A stretch of DNA of 64,000 nt, from contig JAPETS010000032.1 of the NCBI GenBank assembly GCA_026023565.1, forward strand, positions 186,001 through 250,000. The letters run 5' to 3'. This stretch comes from Cirrosporium novae-zelandiae (lineage: Eukaryota). This document shows positions 36,009 through 48,584 of the stretch, piece after piece. Both the position numbers and the translations under genes were made by a program. Every line of letters starts with the position of its first letter. Within the stretch, counting starts at the first letter, position 1. The notes under the pieces are model-generated. The model saw nothing but the letters and a program-made list of their open reading frames with translations. It had not been told where the DNA came from and searched no databases.

Positions 36009-38441
36009 ATGACAATGAACTATCAACAAGTTTCTGGTGGAATGTCTCATCAGAGTCAAATGCCCCAGGCACCGCCGCCTCCTCCGCCTCCACATTCTCA
36101 AATGTATCCCCAGCAAGGCCACCAAGCCAACTTTGCTCAGGACTACCCTAATGTGAATGCCACGAGAGGGTTGAACATTCAAGAAATGAGCATGCGGCAG
36201 CCCACTATCCAGAGAGCAATGCCTCAGGTTATCCCTAGATCACCTAGCCCTGTTGAGATTTATCCCCTATACGAATGTTGGATCTTTCGGAAGGCCACGC
36301 CCAAACGATATGGAGAGAAAGCTACCTGGAATAGAGCAGAAAGAACCGCTGCCCCGTTTACACAAGCCCAGCTGGCGAAAAAGATCAATGATGATCAAGT
36401 CCGTAAAAACAAATCTGCCTTGGATAGATACAAAGATCTCGCATCCTCAAGAAGGAAGCATATCGACCGTTTAATTGAAGACAAGCTTGACGAAGAAGGA
36501 GATCGCTATGAATGGTCTGTGGTGTACCTTGATACAGAGGACAGGAACGTCAGCCGTTTAGGTTACGAAACCATTAAAATGACCGTCATCATCTCTAGAA
36601 CACCATTGTCATCTAGGAGGAATGCCAAACATTCACGCACAGAAGTAGTCGACTTACACGAGTTCGACGAAGATCTACGAGCCAGGACTCCTCCTGACAG
36701 CCCCCAAAATGGGCCCTCTAGGACATATCCAATCCATCAAACACCTGTCCCAATGGCTAATTTACAATTTAATCCCGATCCTAGACCACAAATGATTAAC
36801 CCACAACCTGCGCAAATGATCCATCCAACTGGCAACCCAGGAATAGAAATAATGAATAATGCACAACCTGGACGAGGTTCTCTCAATAACGTAATCTCAA
36901 GACCAATGCAAGGACAACCACCTCCCCCGCCGCCCCTACCGCCGCAGACGTTTCCACCCGGTGGAGTTCAGACGCCTCATATCGTTGCTGAGAATTTACC
37001 ACCTAGAAATGGCCTAAATAATCCAGGTGTTAGTGCTCAAGGTTTTCAGAGACCGCCGCAAATAGGGCAAATACCCCAACAAATACCTCGGTCGACACCG
37101 ATGCCACAACAGCCACCCCAGCAGGTGCCTCGGCCGCCAAATATACCTCAACAGATGCCTCGACCGACACCAATACTCACAAACCCAGTTCAAATACCCC
37201 CTCAGCAAAGACCAAACGTAGTTCACCAAAAACCCCCTCCCCTGAATACCAACGCCAAAGTCACGAATTGGCAAATAGGGTCTGATGTCGACTCTTCCGA
37301 AGATAGTAATCCGGATGATGGTTCTAATTCAGACCAAGGCAGTTTAAATGGAGATAATGATAGTGAGAGCACCGAAGCTACCAGTGTCACGTCTGGCGAC
37401 CGCAGCTGTCATCCCAAACCCAAAATACATAACCAGCTTCCCGAGGTTTTTATTGCTCCTAGGGGGGATTCACACAATAAACAGCCTAAGGGTGTCCTTA
37501 AGAAAACAAAAATCCATTCCCGGAATAGTTCACGTCAGGAATCCACATCTGAGCGTGGCCACCATCAAACTATATACCGCGAACACCAACGTCCTGAACG
37601 TGGCCACCATCAAACCACCAGTGTATACCGTGAACACAAACGTCCTGAACCGATGCAGAATAGGAGGTCGCCTTCGCCTTCTCCTACATCGTCTCGCTAT
37701 CCTGAGAAGGAAACATTTGTGATTCCCAGCGTCAATAGGACTCGAAGTATCCGATCCCACAACAGTCCAGACCGACATTCCTTTCAACCAAGCTCTGAAT
37801 ACTCTGATCGTCGTAATCGAGATGATGAGGAACCTCGCCGTTATGACGATAGTATATCAACGGCTCCGACAAGAGACCGGGCATACACAAGGCGAGAACT
37901 AGATCCGTTACGTTCCTCACCCCCGCCTTTAACGTCGTTATCTCGTCGTCATACCACATATGGAGGAGGTATTGGAGGAATCCGCGGTCTGCCATCCCTA
38001 CCGCGTCACGACCTAGAGCATGAGTTCGAAGTGGAGGCAAGGGAAGAAATTGAGCAAAAAAAACAGCAAGCTAAAGAGAGGGTTGCTGAAGAGTATATGC
38101 GGGAGAAGGAGGAAAAGGATATACAAAAAATAATAGTGGAACAAAACCTTCGGGATGATAGGTTGCGGCGAAAGGATGAGCTGCGATGGGAGGCAGATCG
38201 ACGACACATGGAGAGCGAGGCCAGATGTAGGGCACAGGAAGATCTCGAGTATCAGCGCCTAAGGGACGAGGAGATGCGAAGAGGAAGCTACCGTCACAGG
38301 CAGAACGATTACGGGGAGCCACGATTACGGGGGTCAAGAAAGTATTCAGATCCTTACCGAACAGAATTTGAGTCGAGCAGCAGACCATACCTGCCACCTT
38401 CTCCAAGGAGTCACTATGCATACCCTTCTTCATATTTTTAA
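36009..38441 (+). CDS. Hypothetical 810-aa protein: globular N-terminal domain, Pro/Gln-rich middle, charged coiled-coil C-terminus
   Basis: Long uninterrupted ORF from ATG 36009. Ordered segment YECWIFRKA...WNRAER...HIDRLIEDK...YEWSVVYL...KMTVIISR. Internal duplication ERGHHQTIYREHQRP / ERGHHQTTSVYREHKRP. Confidence 0.85.
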   Translation: MTMNYQQVSGGMSHQSQMPQAPPPPPPPHSQMYPQQGHQANFAQDYPNVNATRGLNIQEMSMRQPTIQRAMPQVIPRSPSPVEIYPLYECWIFRKATPKRYGEKATWNRAERTAAPFTQAQLAKKINDDQVRKNKSALDRYKDLASSRRKHIDRLIEDKLDEEGDRYEWSVVYLDTEDRNVSRLGYETIKMTVIISRTPLSSRRNAKHSRTEVVDLHEFDEDLRARTPPDSPQNGPSRTYPIHQTPVPMANLQFNPDPRPQMINPQPAQMIHPTGNPGIEIMNNAQPGRGSLNNVISRPMQGQPPPPPPLPPQTFPPGGVQTPHIVAENLPPRNGLNNPGVSAQGFQRPPQIGQIPQQIPRSTPMPQQPPQQVPRPPNIPQQMPRPTPILTNPVQIPPQQRPNVVHQKPPPLNTNAKVTNWQIGSDVDSSEDSNPDDGSNSDQGSLNGDNDSESTEATSVTSGDRSCHPKPKIHNQLPEVFIAPRGDSHNKQPKGVLKKTKIHSRNSSRQESTSERGHHQTIYREHQRPERGHHQTTSVYREHKRPEPMQNRRSPSPSPTSSRYPEKETFVIPSVNRTRSIRSHNSPDRHSFQPSSEYSDRRNRDDEEPRRYDDSISTAPTRDRAYTRRELDPLRSSPPPLTSLSRRHTTYGGGIGGIRGLPSLPRHDLEHEFEVEAREEIEQKKQQAKERVAEEYMREKEEKDIQKIIVEQNLRDDRLRRKDELRWEADRRHMESEARCRAQEDLEYQRLRDEEMRRGSYRHRQNDYGEPRLRGSRKYSDPYRTEFESSSRPYLPPSPRSHYAYPSSYF

Positions 38442-38958
38442 ATGTGCTATCTAATGGCAATTCCGGAATGAATAAAGGAGATGATTCGCAATGATAGTCT
38501 ATTTTGTTACCATGCTAGGTCACAGATGGTTGAAGGAATAGTCTCTCAAGCTCTGCATTTTGTTGGTCTTTAGTCGTACTGCTCTCTCTTTATATTATAT
38601 GCTTCCAGAAGACGCGTCTAGTTTATCTAGCAAGCAATGAAAACATTAGATGATTTGATCACTCTCATCCCTTGGGTCCTTGAGCATATGGGGCAACCGG
38701 TCCGTAGGGAGTTAGGGGTTGCCGAGCCAATGTTTGGGAAACACGACAGTTTTCGGTAATGGGGAAGTTGTGCAACGTGAAAGACAATGCACGGAATATT
38801 ATTTTGGGAGGAAGTGAAGGTTCAGATGGGGAAGAGATGATAAGGAGATGAGTTGCGTGGAGCCGACTCGGTGGCCTGTTAGACATGTGAGAGGGAGAAT
38901 GATCCAAGAAAGAGGCGTGGGCCGGAGTAAGGGAGCTTGGATTGCCGGAGGTCTTGAT

Positions 38959-39000
38959 CCCCCAAACCCCCCAAGGCCCCCAAGCCCCCAAGCCCCCAAG
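38959..39000 (-). repeat. (CTTGGGGG)-type tandem with five G5-G6 tracts; potential G-quadruplex
   Basis: Plus strand reads CCCCCAAACCCCCCAAGGCCCCCAAGCCCCCAAGCCCCCAAG. Confidence 0.7.
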
Positions 39001-39901
39001 CCTGCTGACCTTTTCGGGAGAGGAGCCTCGGTGAATGGAAATGGACAAATTGTTGAATGGACAAATAAATGCGCTGGATGCATGGATGCGTGAATGCGGC
39101 AATATAGTAAATTGACAGAAACATTAGTACGAGTAGGTTTTATCAACGAGGAGAAATATATATAACATCTCATAACATGTTCTTGAAATATTCGTCATAT
39201 TGAATTATTTGATACTGTATTCCGAAGCCAGACAGCCAGACAGCCAGCCAGCCAGCCAGGACAGACAGATCTCCTGCCCCACCAAAAGTTCGTTCTTCAC
39301 CCACCTTTTCGTCCACCAACTAGAAGATCATAAACACCTATCCGCCCCACGTATTATTCCTGACCATTCCTGACCATTCCTGACCATCCCGAAACTATTC
39401 TCCATTGGAGACCAACTATCCTCGATATTCTCTAAATCCCACATTTTCCGCTGTTCCGTCCAACAAACCTTAGGTGTCTAACCTACTCCTCACCTTACTT
39501 CTACTTTCACTAGTAAGTAAAACATTTCTGTGACGTTTTTTTTTGGTGGAGAAAGCTACTCGAGTACATCAGTCACCAGAGTACATTCGACAATATCAGG
39601 GTCTGGAATAGGCCATCAAGTCCCCCCCTCCCCCCCTCCAGCACCAATGACTCCCAATAACTTTCAATGACCTTCCAGATGACCCAATGACAGGGTATTA
39701 CCGGCACATCCGCTGCTCGTTACTTGCTACTCTTCTCTGCCTCTACTTCCCTTTCTTATTACTTTAATCCCATCAACCAACGTAACTCATCTGCATCACA
39801 TCTCCTCTCAAATTTTTTTCAATTCTATTGTCTTTTGTGTATTATAACTCTCTACTCACCTTTTTATTTTAGTGAACGAATCAAGTGAAATACCAACCAA
39901 A

Positions 39902-41137
<1,236 letters not shown>

Positions 41138-41544
41138 TAAGTGTTGAGTTGGGATGCTAGCATGGACAGTCGGAAAGCAACCTTGTTTGGTGGTATTTAT
41201 TTTGAAGTCATCTTCAATTGATGAGAAACGAATCAACCAGGAAAAAAAATATGTGATGAATCCGGTGTAGCATTGATACCTGATACCTGGGAATGGGCAT
41301 CATAGTAAATTTCTTGCATCATACTTTGCAAATAGGGTAGCGCAGTTGGCGAAGCAAAGGTCACAACTGTCGTCCGAATATCTTTCAAGCATTTCATCAT
41401 TCCCAAGTATTGTATATGACAATTGTCTCTGCAGACATTGTCGCCCAACGAACGCCAGACCATGCCATATAGCCTATCCGCTTACATTATACAAGAATCT
41501 CGCTTTTCACTTCTAGAGGCTCCTAACAGCTCTGGAGTGATATC

Positions 41545-42079
41545 CTAAACCGAAGGGTAATTCGAGCCATGATAAGGACTCCAAATACCTCTCACACTCT
41601 CGTTGTAACTCCTTACGGGCTTCGTCACGTGTTTCAGTTTTTCTCCGCTGGCATCTCTCAATAGCTCGACCTTCTTCAAGATCTGCTCTTTCTCTAAATT
41701 TCGTACACATACGGCCTTGGAGCGCCCGTTGATATAGTAGCCTTTGACAACGGGGTGGCGGTTTGGTCGCGGGGACACTCGGATCTCGATTTGTGGGTGT
41801 TTGGCAGCGAATTGGGGGAGAGTGTATTTGAGGAAAGCACTACAAGAATGGTTAACATAGACAAAAAAAAGTAGGTATGAAAGGTATACTTCATGCCCTT
41901 GGAGCTACCAGCCCAATCACAGTAGTAAAAGTTGAGTTGTTTGCACTGAAGGATGAATGCGCCGACACCATTCTGGATTAGAAAGCGGATGTTAGAACTT
42001 GAATATTTGGGGATTTGAAGATGGGTAATTGAGTGCATACTTGGCTGCGAGACAGAGTCCGGATACCTGTCAATGGCAT
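41545..42079 (-). CDS. MRPL51: Mitochondrial large-subunit ribosomal protein L51 (mL43)
   Basis: NGVGAFILQCKQLNFYYCDWAGSSKGM...HPVVKGYYINGRSKAVCVRNL...NESVRGIWSP. Exons 42079-42041, 41972-41890, 41839-41545. Confidence 0.93.
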
Positions 42080-42435
42080 TTTGAAGTGGAGATTATTTAA
42101 TTCTGGCTTGTAGCTAGATATTCACAGGGACAATAGTTTGGACTTGATAGGGTTTGGTGAAGAATTTGGGGATGCTCTGCTTAGTCAGATGGCTGTAGCT
42201 TAGCTCTTCGCTCCTGAACTTCACGAACTTCACGTCGCCTCAACCCTCCCCAAAAACCCTCAAAGCAAGCTGGTGCGCGCTTTTCTCTTCAGCCTTTGTA
42301 TCTCCATCTTAAAATAACATTTCATTGGCTGTGCGCAACCATCTAAGAATCAATCATTGCTCTTTTTTATTCTTTTCCCTTTTCTTTGTTCCTTTCTACC
42401 GTGTATTTGTCTTCTGCAATTTCAGCCTCCCAAAC

Positions 42436-43894
42436 ATGACAGACAAACTTCCACCAAATCTCCTCGCCCTCTTCGCTCCTCGACCTCCACTTCGATATCT
42501 TCCCCCCAGCGATCACGCACCTGGTGATCGACGAAGCGCACAAATTTCAGGTCTTGCTGCTTATCTACCTCAACTTCAAGCGCCAGAGGACCCCGAGCAT
42601 CCTTACGTGCCGACCGAATCATGGCTACAGCGACGCGACCGGATCAAGCAAGAAAAGAGAGAGAAGCAAGAGAGGCTATTGACAGAAGGGGTTAAGAGCT
42701 ACAATCCTGCTACAGATCCTCAAGTCAGGGGTGATGCATACAAAACTCTGTTTGTCGCAAGGCTATCATACAGTACTTCAGAACAAGACCTGGAGAGGGA
42801 GTTTGGAAGATTCGGACCTATTGAGAGGGTAAGCCTAGACAGCATATTCTTTTATGCTTGTATTTCAAAAAAGACTCGATGAAACCATCCAGTTACTAAC
42901 CTTTGTTTGCGCTTTACAGATACGAGTAGTAACAGACACTCATAATGAAAACAAGAAACAGAAAAAACCTCATAAAGGCTATGCATTCATCGTTTATGAA
43001 CGAGAAAAAGATATGAAGGGTAATTAATCCACCACAATCTCTACTAACCGCTCCCTCTCCTTCTCTTCCGGCCAGATAACTGACACTCATGTCTTCCACC
43101 CTCACTCAGCCGCCTATAAAGAAACCGACGGCACACGTATTAAAGATCGCAAAGTCCTTGTCGATGTGGAACGAGGCCGTACAGTTAAAGGCTGGCGCCC
43201 TCGACGCTTTGGTGGTGGCCTAGGTGGACGCGGCTACACTAAAGCCCTCCCTGTCCGTCCTACTGGTCCTGGCTTCGCGCCTTCGGGTCCTGGCTTCCAC
43301 CCTGGTGGTTTTAGAGGTGGCTTTAGCGGACGTGGTGGATTCCGTGGTGGTGGAGGCTTCCGAGGAAGAGACGGGTTCGGTTCTCGTGGAGGTGTTGGAT
43401 ATCAAGGAGGTGGAGGTTTCAGCCGTGGACCCGGTGGATTCCAAGGAGGTCAGCCACCACCAAATGCGCCAAGTGGTCCTGGAGGTGGAAGATATGGTGG
43501 TGGATTATCTGGTCCCAACGGTTCATCCAATGGTGCTGCTGCTGCTGCTGCTGCTGCCGGTGGCCCTGTCGGCGGATATGGTGGTGAAAACAGACGTTAT
43601 GATGAGAGATCATCATTCCGTGACCGCGGTTATGGCGACAGAGACAGAGCAGACAGGGGCGATAGAGGTGTTACCGGTAGCAACCGAGAACCCATCCGAT
43701 CTAGAGACGGTGGGTATGGAGGCCGAGAAGATCGTGATCGCGATGGCGATCGCGAGATGAGAGACGATCGACGCGACAGAGATAGAGATCGAGACCGTAG
43801 GTTTGGTGGAAGAAGGGATGATGACCACGGTGGTCGGAAAAGGTATCATGATGGAGATGGGTATGAGCCAGAATCAAGGAAAAGGAGATACTAG
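42436..43894 (+). CDS. SNP1: U1 snRNP 70 kDa protein
   Basis: [29 protein letters not shown]...KGYAFIVYE...[27 protein letters not shown]-rich tail with a (GCT)n poly-Ala tract. Exons 42436-42828, 42920-43019, 43110-43894. Confidence 0.96.
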
Positions 43895-46030
43895 GGTAGG
43901 ATTAGGTTGTATGGGTTCAAAGGCAGACAGGAAGGTTGGCATCACACTATAAGGTATCTTTTCTTGGCGACAGTTTGGTCTGGATGGTCTCGATGTGATA
44001 CTGTAAGGAAGTACGGGAAGGGACAGGTGATTTGAAACATCTCCTTTCCACAGCTTCCAATACGGAGTTCCTCATCACACATAATACATGGTTTGTGCGG
44101 TAGGTACACTCCATGTTGTTTATCTGCTGCTGCGTTCTCACTTCGCTTCGGTTTTCTTGTCTTCAAACCAAAAAGCGCAATTTGTGCCAATATGAATTTC
44201 TTCTCTTAGCACGTAAGGGTAAGCGTGTGAGAAGGGATATATTAATTTCTCCTACCTTATCGTTTCTCCCTAGGATCGGATTGGATCAAAAACGAGTATA
44301 TTCGCTCACACACACTATTAAAGGTATACATGCTTCATATCAGAGAGTTTTTTAAAAAAAAAAAAAAAAAACTCTCGGGTACATGCGCGCACAAACACAA
44401 GTATATCAGACTGTACGAAATACTTCAATTCTTTCAACCGGTAAGGTAAGCACAAAAAAAGAAAGATTTTTTTGGATCCGTCATTGATGAATGATGGGAT
44501 TTGAAATTTCTATTCTGATTGTGTGCTCTAGCCGACAATTTGTTTTGACTCTCTCTCTCTCCCTTTCTCTATACGCAAGAAATTGCAATTGTGGCGGCCG
44601 TTTTGATATGGATATGATGGATGGTGTATGTATGTACATACGTAATATCCCTCCATTCCGGCCTGTCCCTCTTTATTTCTCTCGGAAGTGTCATGCCATG
44701 CCAGTGGATTTCTAACATACATATATATATTATTTATTTATTTTATTTTTGGAACGGGAAAGGGGATTATATGTATGATGGGGATGGATGGAAGTTTGGT
44801 TAATTAATTAATCTAATGAAGAGGATGAAAAGATGGATGGAGGAAATGATCCTTTTCTTGGATTTGGATTTGGATTTTTTTTTTTTTGCATGAGGTGGGT
44901 ATTTACGTATGTATTTTTTTTTCTTTTTTTTTTCTTTTTACTTAAGGGTAGGGTAGGATACGTATAAGTTATAAAAAAATAACAGAAAAAGAGAAGAGAA
45001 AAGAAAAGATTCGGTTTAGCATAGCTTAGCTTAGGTTTCATTTTAGGTTTCTAGGCAACTGATTGATTTGATTGAATTAATGCTTTATTTATATATGTAT
45101 GTTTTTTATGTTTTTATATTTTTAAAAAGTCTTGAATGGGTTTCTTTTCTTTTTTCTTTTCTTTTTTTTGGGGAGAGAGAGAGAGGAAGACATTGAAGAA
45201 AGGATATTTTGAGTTTGTGAGTCCGTAAGTGAGTAAGTGAGTAAAAAACTTGAACTTGAACTCGACTTATACATTTATATATATATATATATAAATTATT
45301 TTATAGTCCCCCCGTTCCCTATTTCCCCTATATTTGTCTATTTGTTTTGTATTCGTATGAACATCTTATATCTATCCATCCATCTGTCTATCTATTTACT
45401 AGTTCTTCTAGAGAGCTACCGTAGAGGAAGATATATAAAAAAAGAAGAGTGAGAAGAGATAGTGGAATGGTTATGAGGATGATCTCGATAAAGGTGTTGT
45501 AATGTATATATACATACATATTATCACCTTCTACGTCAAGTTACTTATTGATTCCTTAATTAATTGATAAGCTGGAGGTTATCTGACTAAATACCTACAA
45601 AAGAAAGAAAGGAAGGAAGGAAAAGATGTAGACGTACAGTTAAGGCGTCAGAAAGAAGAAAAAAGAAGAAGAATAATTAAGTAATTTGCTTGGTTGGTTG
45701 GTTGGTTGCTAATAGCTTTCTTTCTTTTGAGATTATAGATGTATGATGTTTGTTATGTATGTATTGTGGAGGTAAAGCAATCCCCCCCTTTTTTTTCCTT
45801 TTCTTCTTCTTCTCTCTTTTTTTCTCGAGCGAGACATCGATGTCGTTATACTTACTTTACTCCGGATGCCCATGCCATGCCACATATACTCCCAAAATCA
45901 CTTTTCGTTTCTTCTTTCTTTCTTTCCTCTCGTCTTCCCTAACTTTCATAAATCCCTCGGATCGGACATATATATATTACTATTACCGTATGTATGCGAT
46001 ACACCCCTGATCGACCGACCGAAATCAAGA

Positions 46031-47269
46031 TCAAGAAGAATACTGAACCTCCAAGCCCACATTACCGAGCATCCTCTCCCTCCTCTTTAGCTCAACGCTG
46101 ACACCACAACTAAACAGCAAGTCCTTAGCGCGGCCCTCCCACAGCACGCCAATACGTCCGACTTGATCGATACGTGCCTTCAGCACGCCGCTGGCATCAT
46201 AGCCCTCTCTCACCCAGCGCTCGCGGTCACGCTTCGCCGCTTCAATTTTCTCCGCATCGCCATCCCACTTGCGCTTGTTGAGTTTTTTGAAGGCCCACCC
46301 GAGCTGCTCTGGCGAGTATGGATCTGCGTGTCGGCGGAAGAGCTCCATGCCGAGCTGGACCGAGCTCTCGTAGCTGTATAGGTTGAAGGCGAAGCGCGAG
46401 CAGAGGGAGAGGTTCCGCGAGGCGCGCACCGCGTAGGTCGAGGTGAGGTTGCCCATAAGGGGGTTTAGAGTTAGTGTCATTGTGTAGGGAAATCCTGGGT
46501 GGGAGGGGAGGGTTGTGAAGCGCAGGCCCGTGGAGAGGCCGCCACTAGAGTTTAGGGGTGAGTAGTAGAATTCTGCCCCGGCGCTGAGGAGGGAGGGGGG
46601 GGGGATGGTGTCGTTTGAGGTTAGGGCTGTGGTGGCGGCAGGGAGGGGGTCTGGGCCAAAGTTGTAGAGGCCGCGGATTCCGAAGAGGGCACTGTCCGTG
46701 CTGTAGAGATATTCAGTGGTGTATTTGCCGGTGTCGTGCTGGAGCAGCGCGAGGATCGTACCGCCATTGCGTAGCCGCGTGTCGCTGACGGCGCTGAGCC
46801 GGAGCAGATTCGCGGGGGATAGCCGATGGAGGTATAGAGCTTCGAGGGTGGAATGGGGGAGGAACACGCGGCCGTAGAGGAGGGTAGAGGCCTTGTCGAC
46901 CCGTCGCCCTCGGTGCCAGATCTCATATTCCCAAGACTCGGCTGGAGCAACTGGGGCCCGGAGGCTTTTGTAGCTGCTTGTTAACGCCGGCAGCGGGACC
47001 GTCGAGCTGAGGGTCCCCGGACTTGGTGATAGGGATATGGAGCTGTATAGGTAAGAGATGGAGCCCGTGACGGGGCCAATGGCGTGAAGAGTATAGGATG
47101 TAGCGAAATTGGGAGTGGAGAGGGAGGAGAGGTGCAGATTTAGACCGTGAGGGGTGGGGAAGTCCAGGAGGGAGCGGGAGGTGTCTTCGAGGGTGCCGTA
47201 GGAGTTTTGTCGGTTCCATGAGGTCGCAGTGTAGAATGCATTCTGAATGTAATCCATAAAAGGGAGCAT
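46031..47269 (-). CDS. MDM10: Mitochondrial distribution and morphology protein 10 (ERMES/SAM beta-barrel)
   Basis: FMDYIQNAFY...WN..NSY, LLDFPTPHGL.L.LSSLSTPNFATSY, LLYGR, TMTLTLNPLMG, CSRF.FN.YSYES, GLEVQYSS. Intronless. Confidence 0.95.
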   Translation of the reverse strand: MLPFMDYIQNAFYTATSWNRQNSYGTLEDTSRSLLDFPTPHGLNLHLSSLSTPNFATSYTLHAIGPVTGSISYLYSSISLSPSPGTLSSTVPLPALTSSYKSLRAPVAPAESWEYEIWHRGRRVDKASTLLYGRVFLPHSTLEALYLHRLSPANLLRLSAVSDTRLRNGGTILALLQHDTGKYTTEYLYSTDSALFGIRGLYNFGPDPLPAATTALTSNDTIPPPSLLSAGAEFYYSPLNSSGGLSTGLRFTTLPSHPGFPYTMTLTLNPLMGNLTSTYAVRASRNLSLCSRFAFNLYSYESSVQLGMELFRRHADPYSPEQLGWAFKKLNKRKWDGDAEKIEAAKRDRERWVREGYDASGVLKARIDQVGRIGVLWEGRAKDLLFSCGVSVELKRRERMLGNVGLEVQYSS

Positions 47270-47553
47270 ATTGGCGGTGTTGGTCTGATACCCTGGCCGT
47301 TGGACTGGCTGGAGAAGGGTTATGTTATGAGATGAAGAAGATGGAGGAACGATCTAGTATTATTCGTGAATGCGGTAGGAATATGGGGGAAGACATTTCG
47401 GGATGGAGATTAGTATCAAGGCGCAAAGGATGCACTTCCCCTTGGTTTTAGAGATTCATTATAATTGCTAAGAGGGTGGATGAGCTTGAAGATGCAAGCT
47501 CTGGGAAGAAATAAGTCCACATTGAGTTTAGCTTGTCGTGTATCGATAACATT

Positions 47554-47602
47554 TCAAACAATCAAACAAATCAAACAAATCAAACAAATCAAACAAATCA
47601 AA
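47554..47602. repeat. (TCAAACAAA)x~5 tandem repeat in the MDM10/MRT4 divergent promoter
   Basis: Read directly. Confidence 0.9.
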
Positions 47603-47735
47603 GTCACCGATTCCCCGACCTCCACCAGAAAAAAAAAATATCCAACTCGTCCCTCAAGCTTGTCGAAACTAGTTAAAATAGCTACACCAAGCTCCAACCA
47701 ACAATCACTCAAAAGTATCAGATACAGCTATCAAA

Positions 47736-48584
47736 ATGCCCAAGTCCAAGCGCGCAAGACTCGTTCACTTGACCAAAACAAGCAAAAAGCCAAAATCCCA
47801 CAAAGAGACCATTCTGAGCGCTCTGCGCCGAGATATTGATGAATTTCAATACATCTATGTTTTCTCTGTGGTGAATATGCGAAATCAACATCTGAAAGCT
47901 TTACGGTCACATTTCACCGATTCACGGTATGCTTTCTCTCTTTTTTGCAAACTAATTGAATTTTCTTTTTCCCTTGCTCAGAATGCAACAATTCGCTAAC
48001 CAATTCTTCCAACTCGTAGCATTATATTCTCCAAAACTAAGCTCCTCGCTCTCGCCCTTGGCCGTGATGCAGCTAGCGCTCCTTTTCCAGGCACATTCCT
48101 CTTAACTCCCTACCTAAAAGGTGAAGTTGGACTTCTCCTCTCCCCGCACCCCCCAAAATCCGTTATCTCCTACATATCCACCTACCATCCGACCTCATAT
48201 GCTCGCCCGGGCATTTTTCCATCCATCACTGTGTCCATTCAGCCAGGCCCTATATCCTACGGCCAGGAATTTTCTGATGGTGGTGGGGAGCGTACTCCGT
48301 TACCACCTGCGGTAGAGCCGACATTGAGGCAATTAGGCGTCCCGACGAGGTTGGTGAAGGGAACGGTAGTGTTGGAGGGAGAAGAGCCATATGTTGTTTG
48401 TGAGAAAGACAAAAAACTAGAGCCGAGACAGACAGCCATTTTGAGGACGATTGGCGTGGAGGCGAGTGTGTTTAAAGTAGGAATTGAAGCATGGTGGGAA
48501 AAGGAGACCGGAGCGGTCATGGCCTTTGGGGAGGCTGAGGAGGCGACCCCCGTAGTTGAGGAGGCGGGTGCCATGGAAAGTTGA
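47736..48584 (+). CDS. MRT4: Ribosome assembly factor / mRNA turnover protein 4
   Basis: MPKSKRARLVHLTKT, VFSVVNMRN, LKGEVGLL, EPTLRQLGVPTRLVKG. Intron 47927-48019 (GTATGC...GCTAAC...TAG); 251 aa. Confidence 0.93.

Noticed and set aside
45473..45586. Possible C/D snoRNA (ATGAGGA...AGCTGGAGGTTAT-CTGA) resembling a guide for 18S GUAAUUCCAGCU
   Set aside because: Box C is non-canonical, pairing needs a bulge, and the D+5 position does not hit the known methylated U.
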